Positions 56,795 through 64,000 of a stretch of DNA of 64,000 nucleotides are shown here, one piece after another. The stretch's first letter is position 1; each line of letters starts with the position of its first letter. The position numbers and the translations under genes were made by a program. The notes under the pieces were generated by a model. That model ran no database searches, was not told the DNA's origin, and saw only the letters and a list, made by a program, of their open reading frames with translations. The stretch comes from Trueperaceae bacterium (GTDB lineage: Bacteria > Deinococcota > Deinococci > Deinococcales > Trueperaceae), in assembly GCA_965213705.1 (NCBI GenBank), contig OZ243913.1:2496001-2560000 (forward strand), written 5' to 3'.

Positions 56795-58696
56795 ATGAAA
56801 CGTGCCTTACCCGTCGAGCTTGCTTTTCTACTTTTCGGCGGCTTTCTTTTTAGTATCACGGCCCAAGAAGACACTAGCGCCCAAGCCCAGGCCATGACCG
56901 ACGCGTCGCTGGCGCTCGTGCAACTGAGCAGCTTTGTCGATACCAACGCGGCTTTTTGCGCCCAGCACGCGCCCGAGGCGGGGGTGAGCGACGCGGCGGC
57001 GGCCTGGTATGCAAGCAGCGGACTAGCGCTCCTGAAAACCCTCGAGGGGTTGCCGGAAGTCGCGCCGACCTTCGGCGAGATGAGAGACGCCTACACCCAG
57101 GCGACACGGCAAACCCTGGCCGCCAACGCGACCGGCCGCGAGGCCGAGTGGTGTGCGAGTGTTCCGGCCCTGCTCCAAAGCCCCGAGTGGGACGTTCAAT
57201 CGAACTACCCTGACGAACTGGCGCGGCTCGGCGACATCTTCACCCTCATCACAGGTGACGACCCGCCCCAACCGCTGCCCCAGGCCCAAACCCTGCCGCC
57301 CGTGACGAGCCCGAGCTACGCAGACGTCGTGGCGGCGGGCCTCGACCCCGAAACGCAGTTTATCCAGGACGAGTTTCGCTGCTACGACACGAGCGGCGTG
57401 GACTACAGCCGCCCGCAGCTCGTCGTGCAAATCACAGCGCCGGGACAGTACCTGAGTTCGTACGGCGGCGGGACGTTTACCGTGGAAGACGCCGAGTACA
57501 CTCCCGACATCACCTGGACGAGCGGCCCCTTAAAAGACGCGGGCGGCAGTCTTTACTTCGGTGACTACGGCCAGTCTTTCAGCCCTTACGTGACCTTGGG
57601 CGAAGAAAGGTACACCTTTGAATGTTTCCAGCAGGGTGCGCGCGAGCGGCAGGCGCTCGCCGAGTTTCGCCTCAGAGACCCACAACCGGGCACCTACCAG
57701 TGCCAGGACGTCGAGACGGGACAAACCGAAGCCCTGGAGTTGCTGCCCGGCCTCAACTACACGCTGGGGGGGCAGAGAGGAACGTACAGCGTGACTGACG
57801 TGTTGGACGACAGCGGCAGTTCGCAAATAAGTTGGCTCAGCGGCCCGCTGGCGGAAAGCGACGCGAGCTACTTAGAAGAAGAGGGAACGGGCTACCGCGA
57901 AGTCAGCATGCGTAGGAGCGAACACTACTCGTGGTTCGGGTCGTCCAGCTCTTTGAGCGTGGTCTGCTCGGCGGTCGGTGAACCCGTCGTGTTCGCCCGC
58001 TACGGCGACGGGGTCGCGCCGCCGGTCCAGGGCAACGAGCAGGCGCTCTCAGGCTTTTTTTACCGGTACGAGTACGTGGCGAGCGGCATGACCGGCGGGA
58101 TGCAACCGGCTTTTTACCTGTTTTTTCCCAGCGGTTACGTCCACACGGGCGACGTAGAGGGCGACCCCGCGGACATCGACTGCAGCCGCACCAAACCCAA
58201 CGGCGCGCCCTACTGCGAGACCTACCGAACGAGCCGCAACTTTTTAAGCATCGGTGAGAGCGACCCCGTGACGTTCGGCGTGGAAAACGGCGTGCCTGTC
58301 TTGGACGGCGAGGCCATGTACCCGGTCGTGTCGGGCATCACCAGCTTGGACGGCGACTTCTGGGCGAACTACTTCTGGTCGATGGGGTTTTGTATGGGCG
58401 AATACTCGTCGTGCTCGAGCACCTACTTGGAGTGGGAGTACATCTTCACCCCGGAGGGGCGCTTCGAATACGGAAGCTCGAACCAAAGCTTGATGTCTTC
58501 AAACTTCGGCGACATGGGCGGGGTGAACGCCGGGAGTTCCGGCAGCGACTACGAATCGGGGGGGTACACGATTGAAGGTAACACCATCGAACTGCGCTTC
58601 GACAACGGCAAGGTCGAGAAAAAGTTCATCATGATTACCGACCCCGAGCACTTTGTGATGGGAAACCAGGTCTACACCCCCAAGGAGAGAGAATGA
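56795..58696 (+). CDS. large secreted beta-rich hypothetical protein
   Basis: AGGAG SD; signal peptide; internal repeat W.SGPL; paired cysteines. Confidence 0.8.
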   Translation: MKRALPVELAFLLFGGFLFSITAQEDTSAQAQAMTDASLALVQLSSFVDTNAAFCAQHAPEAGVSDAAAAWYASSGLALLKTLEGLPEVAPTFGEMRDAYTQATRQTLAANATGREAEWCASVPALLQSPEWDVQSNYPDELARLGDIFTLITGDDPPQPLPQAQTLPPVTSPSYADVVAAGLDPETQFIQDEFRCYDTSGVDYSRPQLVVQITAPGQYLSSYGGGTFTVEDAEYTPDITWTSGPLKDAGGSLYFGDYGQSFSPYVTLGEERYTFECFQQGARERQALAEFRLRDPQPGTYQCQDVETGQTEALELLPGLNYTLGGQRGTYSVTDVLDDSGSSQISWLSGPLAESDASYLEEEGTGYREVSMRRSEHYSWFGSSSSLSVVCSAVGEPVVFARYGDGVAPPVQGNEQALSGFFYRYEYVASGMTGGMQPAFYLFFPSGYVHTGDVEGDPADIDCSRTKPNGAPYCETYRTSRNFLSIGESDPVTFGVENGVPVLDGEAMYPVVSGITSLDGDFWANYFWSMGFCMGEYSSCSSTYLEWEYIFTPEGRFEYGSSNQSLMSSNFGDMGGVNAGSSGSDYESGGYTIEGNTIELRFDNGKVEKKFIMITDPEHFVMGNQVYTPKERE

Positions 58697-59961
58697 ACCG
58701 AGCCGCCGTTTTTGCAGGATGTTTGCTGTGTGTCGCGCTGGCCGCAACAAGTTCGGCGCAGGGCGGTTCCGAGCGCGCGACCGGCCAAATCAACGACGCG
58801 CTGAGCAACTTTTTTGGCGCGGGCAACGCTGCAAGCGTCACGCCCGAGCAGGCGGCGGCGGTGGACCCGGCGCAGTTCGAGTACGCTTATAACCCCGCCC
58901 TCGTCCCGCAGGTCCAAGCGCTAGTGCTGGCCGTCCTGCCCGACACGCCGGAGAGCCGCGAGGCCGCGCAGGGCATCCTGGACCAGCTTACCCTGGAGCA
59001 ACAGCAGGCGATCATGGCCGAGGGTTTTCCCGACGGCACCTGGAGCGCGACCAACTTGGTAGACGTGGTTTCAGCGACCGTGCTGTTCGCCTACAGCATC
59101 CTGCAAAACTTGGACAGCACCACCCCGCAGCAGGACGCCGCCGTGCGCGACCTGTTCCGGGTGGCTTTCGCCAACACCGACCTGGTCAACCTGAGCGACG
59201 CCGACAAGCAGCTCGCCACCGAGCCGCTGCTGCTCGCCACGATTCTAAATGCCGCGCAGTACGGCTACGCCAAGGAGGGTTTGCCGGGCTTCTCGCTTCC
59301 CGACAGCCAGGAAAGCGCGCGGCAACTTTTGCAAGCCTTCGGCCTCGACCCGCAGTTCTTCGCGCTCGGCGCGGACGGCTTGGAGCCCACGCCGCAGATG
59401 CAAAAGGTTCAAAGCGGCGAACTTACGATGGAAGAGGCTTTTCCCGAGGTGATGGCGCAGTTGAACGCGCTCGGTGCCCAACCCGTGGTGCCGGGCGCGG
59501 ACACAGGCGGCGCGACTATACAGCCCCCTCCTACCGACACGACCACGCCAGCGCCGCCGGACACGACGCCGACCGTTACACCGCCCGACACACCACCCGA
59601 CACGAACCCGTCTACCCCCACGTCAACCCAAACGGCAGGGACGGACGGCAACAACCCGCTCCAACCTATCAACCCGCTCGCGCCACCGACGCCAGACCCG
59701 TTCGTCGGCGTGTTTGAGGGCGACGCGCTTACCCTGACCCTCGAGGGTTCGGGCACCTACACGGGCTCCTTAAACCTCCGCGGGCAGACCTACCCCGTCC
59801 AGGCGACGACGAGTGGCGACGTGCTGAACGGCACCTTTTCAAGCGGCGGCGCGACCTTTGCCTTTACCGCCACGCTTGCCGGCGCGGTGCTCAGCTTGGA
59901 GAGCGACGGCAACAGGTTTACGCTCGAGCGCCAAGCGCCTGCCAATCCGCTGGGAAACTGA
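58693..59961 (+). CDS. secreted hypothetical protein (helical domain, Pro/Thr linker, beta domain)
   Basis: ATGA overlap with the upstream gene; signal peptide; PPDT repeats. Confidence 0.8.
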   Translation: MNRAAVFAGCLLCVALAATSSAQGGSERATGQINDALSNFFGAGNAASVTPEQAAAVDPAQFEYAYNPALVPQVQALVLAVLPDTPESREAAQGILDQLTLEQQQAIMAEGFPDGTWSATNLVDVVSATVLFAYSILQNLDSTTPQQDAAVRDLFRVAFANTDLVNLSDADKQLATEPLLLATILNAAQYGYAKEGLPGFSLPDSQESARQLLQAFGLDPQFFALGADGLEPTPQMQKVQSGELTMEEAFPEVMAQLNALGAQPVVPGADTGGATIQPPPTDTTTPAPPDTTPTVTPPDTPPDTNPSTPTSTQTAGTDGNNPLQPINPLAPPTPDPFVGVFEGDALTLTLEGSGTYTGSLNLRGQTYPVQATTSGDVLNGTFSSGGATFAFTATLAGAVLSLESDGNRFTLERQAPANPLGN

Positions 59962-60010
59962 GACTCATGCCCCGCCGGTTCGCGGTGTTGCAGTGAGCCT
60001 TATAGAGCGG

Positions 60011-60322
60011 ATGTCTGCAAAGCGAAACTTGCTGAAAGCGTCGCCCATCCTCATCTTCGCGAGCGTCGTCATCGGCGCATCGCCCATCTTGAGCGTGATT
60101 TTAGCGAGCGGCGTCGCCACGTCGGCGGGCTGCGTGCTGAACGAAACCCGCCCCTACCCCTGCCCTATCGGACCCTTCGACGCGGGCAGCTTGCTCTACG
60201 CGCTGGGCGTTTCCGGCTGGTTCATGCTCGTCACAGTTCCCGCAGGTCTGGCCGGAGTAGGGGTGGGCCTGGTTTTCTTAGTCGTTGCGTTGGTCCAGCG
60301 CGGCAGACGAGTTACACGGTAA
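60011..60322 (+). CDS. small membrane protein with two-Cys loop (paralogue 1)
   Basis: A...GC.L.E.....C.....G..LY...VS.WF.LVT.P.G. Confidence 0.75.
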   Translation: MSAKRNLLKASPILIFASVVIGASPILSVILASGVATSAGCVLNETRPYPCPIGPFDAGSLLYALGVSGWFMLVTVPAGLAGVGVGLVFLVVALVQRGRRVTR

Positions 60323-60335
60323 GAAAGGATAACTT

Positions 60336-60680
60336 TTGCCGGTCCGAAACCTACTCCTGGTTTTACTCTTGCCGTTCGCGTTCGCCCTGGGTTTTTTGCT
60401 GCGTCCGGCACTGACGGCCTGGGTGTTTCCGGCACACGTCAGCGTGACGGGCGTGGCCGAGCGCATGGTCCACACGCCGGACATGGCGACGGCTTCGGCC
60501 TTACCTCCCGAAGGGCTTTACGTTGCAGGTTCGGCGTTCGGATTTGTTTACGTGCGCTGTACCGACGCCGAACCGCCACCAGGTGCGACCTTGCGAGTGA
60601 GCGGCACATTGGACACTGTTTGCGGACCCGACAGCGTGCCCTGCTACCCGAGGGTGACCGGCGAGTGTGAAAACGCCTAG
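60336..60680 (+). CDS. small exported hypothetical protein
   Basis: GAAAGGA SD; N-terminal TM; four Cys. Confidence 0.6.
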   Translation: MPVRNLLLVLLLPFAFALGFLLRPALTAWVFPAHVSVTGVAERMVHTPDMATASALPPEGLYVAGSAFGFVYVRCTDAEPPPGATLRVSGTLDTVCGPDSVPCYPRVTGECENA

Positions 60681-61030
60681 CCGGGTTCTTCGGGACGGTT
60701 CAGGCCTTCGTGCCAGCAGTACCACCGCCCCAAACTCAGCAGCGGTTTGAAGCCGTCTTCGCTGAGCCACGCGTGCCGGCGGCGCAGGCCGAGGTAAAGC
60801 TCACGTTCAAACTCGGGCGACCACACGACGCCTCCCACGGCGTCCCACAGGGCGTCGTAGACGTCGGCGACGACGGCGTCCAACGCCCTTTTGACGGCGA
60901 CAGCTTCAGCGTCAGCCTCGTCGCCCGCGTAACCGTTCTGAAGCAAAAACGCCTGCAAGCGACGCGGCGAGGGAACCGTCAGGACGTACGCCCGCAGCGC
61001 GTCGTTCAACGTGGCGTGGTTCACGGGCAC
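60677..61030 (-). CDS. hypothetical protein
   Basis: GAGGG SD; 117 aa ending WYCWHEG. Confidence 0.6.
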   Translation of the reverse strand: MPVNHATLNDALRAYVLTVPSPRRLQAFLLQNGYAGDEADAEAVAVKRALDAVVADVYDALWDAVGGVVWSPEFERELYLGLRRRHAWLSEDGFKPLLSLGRWYCWHEGLNRPEEPG

Positions 61031-61054
61031 GCGCTCAAACCCTCGAAAAACGTG

Positions 61055-61468
61055 TCACGGAACCCCCAACACCAAACGTCGACCGCTCCCTAGCGGCACC
61101 GTCACCGAAGACGAGTCACCCGCCCAGGTGATGAACCGCTCGTCCCGGTTTCCGTAGCCGGGTACGCTTGTTCTAGGCGGGCGGCGGACGACCCGCCACA
61201 GTTCGCGCCCGGACGCGGTCTCGCTGACCTGCACCTGGACGTAGCGGTCACGGCGGCCGGTCAGCGTGCCCCGGCTCAGGTTGCTGGCTCGAGCGGTAAA
61301 GCGGCCGTCGGGGGAAGCCAGGAACTCGCCAGTGCCGCTCGGCACAAACCACGACCAGGCGAGGACGGCGGCCAAGAGGATGCCGAACGCGGCCAACCCC
61401 AAACGGCCCCACGCTCGCCGCCGCGTCACGCTCGGTATCCTGGGCCGGTGAAACCAGTACCCAAGCAC
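61055..61468 (-). CDS. membrane-anchored hypothetical protein
   Basis: TM segment, SPDG motif, ITW..DS; GGAG SD. Confidence 0.6.
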   Translation of the reverse strand: MLGYWFHRPRIPSVTRRRAWGRLGLAAFGILLAAVLAWSWFVPSGTGEFLASPDGRFTARASNLSRGTLTGRRDRYVQVQVSETASGRELWRVVRRPPRTSVPGYGNRDERFITWAGDSSSVTVPLGSGRRLVLGVP

Positions 61469-61610
61469 GTCGTACTCCAGAATGTCGTACTTACAGGCAC
61501 CGTGGGCCGGACCCGGGTCGCGTTACAAACGTCGGCGACCACGGCTCGGGCCACGCTACCGAAAACACGTGCGACCTCGCAAAAGCCGTATAGAAAACAC
61601 GGCAAGGTTC

Positions 61611-61943
61611 TCACGAAGCAGGCGGCGCTTTTCTGCGGACGACTAAAAAGATGACCAGGGCGACCGTGTAGCCGATGAGGGCAAGTCCGCCGCTCGGCAG
61701 CGTCACCAGCGCGAACCACGCCGAGACGGCCATAAAGTACAACGTTCCGCCTAACTCTAAGCCGGCAACAACACACGTGTGGGAACCACTCTCGTCCAAA
61801 CGGCAGCCGAAGCGTGTGGCGACGGCGCTCGCTACCAGCATCGACACAACGGGGCCGACCGTGTAGAGCAAGAGTACGGTGTAAACGAGGACGGGGCGCT
61901 TCAGCAAAGCCGGGTGAGCTACGACGGGTTTTAACACGGTCAC
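61611..61943 (-). CDS. small membrane protein with two-Cys loop (paralogue 2)
   Basis: A...GCRLDE.....C.....G..LY...VS.WF.LVTLP.G. Confidence 0.75.
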   Translation of the reverse strand: MTVLKPVVAHPALLKRPVLVYTVLLLYTVGPVVSMLVASAVATRFGCRLDESGSHTCVVAGLELGGTLYFMAVSAWFALVTLPSGGLALIGYTVALVIFLVVRRKAPPAS

Positions 61944-62132
61944 TTCCTTTTGTCACAGCATAACCGCAACTTCGCGCCACCGCTTCGGCGTTTGTAGAGC
62001 GCACGAGGCACACCGGGCGCTGGCCCGCCTCGGCCTATTTTTGGACGTTGCCTGACACAGGCCCACCTGCTCGGCGGTACCGCCCGACAAAACCTAGTAT
62101 GATGTCTGGATTGCACCGTTAGGAACCGTTTT

Positions 62133-63383
62133 ATGAATGATTCGACCTCCACCCTTTCCGCCTCTCCTGCCGCGCCGCTCGAGCAACCTATACAAACCGT
62201 CGTGCGCGACGGGGTGCGCTACACCGTTCTGGGCACCGCCCACGTTTCCAAGGCGAGCGCCGACGCGGTGCAGTCGCTCATTCAGGGCGGCGGTTTCGAC
62301 GCGGTCGCCGTCGAACTCGACCGCAACCGTTTCAACAGCATCACCAATCCCGACAGCGTGGCGAAACTCGACCTGTTCCAGGTCATCCGCGAGGGCAAGG
62401 CCGGGATGGTCGCCGCCAACCTGGCCCTGAGCGCCTTTCAGCAGCGCATCGCCGAACAGTTCGACATCGAGCCGGGGCAAGAGATGCGTGTGGCAATTAG
62501 CGCCGCCAAAGAAGCCGGCTTGCCGCTGCTGTTAATTGACCGCGACATCGGCGTGACGCTCCGCCGCGTGTACCGCAGCGTGCCGTGGTGGCAACGCCTG
62601 ACGCTGCTGGCGGGCCTCGGCGCGAGCCTGTTCAGCAACGAGACCGTCACCGAAGAGGAAATCGAAAAGCTTAAACAGGGCGATATTCTCGAGGCCACTT
62701 TCACCGAGTTCGCCGAGTCGTCGGAAAAACTGTACATACCCCTCATCGCCGAGCGCGACGCGTACATGGCCGCCAAACTGCGTGAAGACACGCAGCGCCG
62801 AGGCGCGCAAGACGGCGAGCTGCGCTACCAAGAAGTCCTCGTCGTCATCGGGGCGGGACACTTGAAGGGGTTGACGCAGCATCTGCAAGACGGTGAAGAA
62901 CCGCCCGCCGAGGTGAGGCGTAGGCTCGAGCACGTGCCCACAGGCAGCTTTTGGCCCAAGCTCATCCCCTGGCTCATCGTCGCTTTAATCGTCGCAGGTT
63001 TCGTCGTCGGCTTTCAGCGCAGCCCGGAACTGGGCTTGCAACTCGTCGGCGACTGGTTTTTGATCAACGGCTTTTTGGCAGGGTTGGGCGCGGCGATTGC
63101 ACTGGGCCATCCGCTGACGATTTTGGGCACCTTTGTAGCCGCCCCCTTCACCTCGCTCAACCCGCTCATCGGCGCGGGTTTCGTCGCGGCGGCGATTGAA
63201 CTTTGGTTCAGGAAACCCACCGTCGGCGACTTCGGCACCTTGCGCAAAGACGTGACCGACTTCCGCGGCTGGTGGCGCAACCGCGTCGCGCGGACGCTGC
63301 TGGTGTTCTTTTTAGCCACGCTCGGCTCGGCGCTGGGGACATACCTTGCAGGGTTCAGGATTTTTGGGCGGTTGTTCGGGTAA
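62133..63383 (+). CDS. TraB/GumN (pheromone-shutdown-like) family protein
   Basis: LGTAHVS..S, VAVELD..R, PG.EM, DRDI..TL.R, ERD.YM, V.GAGH. Confidence 0.93.
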   Translation: MNDSTSTLSASPAAPLEQPIQTVVRDGVRYTVLGTAHVSKASADAVQSLIQGGGFDAVAVELDRNRFNSITNPDSVAKLDLFQVIREGKAGMVAANLALSAFQQRIAEQFDIEPGQEMRVAISAAKEAGLPLLLIDRDIGVTLRRVYRSVPWWQRLTLLAGLGASLFSNETVTEEEIEKLKQGDILEATFTEFAESSEKLYIPLIAERDAYMAAKLREDTQRRGAQDGELRYQEVLVVIGAGHLKGLTQHLQDGEEPPAEVRRRLEHVPTGSFWPKLIPWLIVALIVAGFVVGFQRSPELGLQLVGDWFLINGFLAGLGAAIALGHPLTILGTFVAAPFTSLNPLIGAGFVAAAIELWFRKPTVGDFGTLRKDVTDFRGWWRNRVARTLLVFFLATLGSALGTYLAGFRIFGRLFG

Positions 63384-63441
63384 GAGCGAGCCAACTATAG
63401 TTTCAGCCCGCACTTAATTTTTAAGATACAATACACCTATC

Positions 63442-63954
63442 ATGAGTATATTCTCTCGATTTCCTCACGGAGAGATTTATGTAGTTGACACCGAAGGGAA
63501 TCGAAAGGGACCCTACAACGCTCGTGTAAACAACGAAGGTCTCACCATCGATAATCACGATGTGGTTATTGATGATGGGTTTGTAATTGAGCGACCGTTA
63601 CCAACTGGGAAAATTAAAGTGTATGGCATCAAAGAGTTTGAGTACATACCCAAATTTCATCAGATTCCGCCACAGTTGATAGTCAAATTCGAGAAAAATA
63701 CAGGAAAAGAAGTAAGCAAATCACAAACTTTTAACTTCCATGATTCAAGCAACATTCAAATAGGTGACCACAACGTCCAGAATGTCATCAGTATGCTGCA
63801 AGACCTAACGGATAAAATAGATAGTAAAGAAGCTCCAGCCGAAGAGAAAGCACAAGCAAAAGAGCTTCTGGCGAACTTCCTCAGTCATCCTGTAGTTGTC
63901 AGTATTTTGGGTGGTGCAGGCACCGCATTAGCGAAACAACTCTTGGATATTTAG
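63442..63954 (+). CDS. low-GC protein with RHIM-like motif
   Basis: TFNFHDSSNIQIGDHNVQ followed by a helical C-terminus; TACAAT upstream. Confidence 0.75.
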   Translation: MSIFSRFPHGEIYVVDTEGNRKGPYNARVNNEGLTIDNHDVVIDDGFVIERPLPTGKIKVYGIKEFEYIPKFHQIPPQLIVKFEKNTGKEVSKSQTFNFHDSSNIQIGDHNVQNVISMLQDLTDKIDSKEAPAEEKAQAKELLANFLSHPVVVSILGGAGTALAKQLLDI

Positions 63955-64000
63955 GCTGCTATCCACCATCAGAAACCGAGCAGCGCCTCTTGCTCCTCTT

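Noticed and set aside
62133..63383. TraB as a sign of a conjugative element
   Set aside because: TraB/GumN-family chromosomal protein; no relaxase, T4SS or integrase in the window
1..64000. CRISPR array, tRNA or rRNA genes
   Set aside because: No regularly spaced 23-47 bp repeats and no T-loop/anticodon or rRNA signatures seen by eye

Overview
High-GC bacterial chromosomal segment, most likely from Deinococcota (Truepera-like). This is inferred from the L31 and S20 sequences, Deinococcus/Thermus-type conserved hypotheticals, and frequent leaderless TANNNT-N5-9-start promoters. Most of the window is housekeeping: msrA, split methylmalonyl-CoA mutase, mutY, TrmJ-like methyltransferase, rpsT, rpmE, sirtuin, gnd/zwf, arginase, phoBR/phoU, ptb and a TraB-family gene. 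Small low-GC inserts interrupt this backbone. The mutase locus (10.3-16.3 kb) is an insertion hotspot, with an IS1 inside a methyltransferase, an isolated integron attC site, a decayed duplicate of the mutase small-subunit 5' end, and three TA-like pairs. The best candidate for a poorly described system is a same-strand redox/ion cluster at 32-45 kb: CPA2 antiporter fused to a UBP zinc finger, REC-Grx-TrxR-like fusion lacking CxxC, cNMP-domain histidine kinase, glutaredoxin, MFS transporter, free UBP zinc finger, CDGSH Fe-S protein, gnd and zwf. Also notable are a RHIM-like motif in the last gene, strong over-representation of CTCGAG, and near-absence of GATC. No tRNA, rRNA or CRISPR array was seen. 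All product calls are by motif recognition, not database search.
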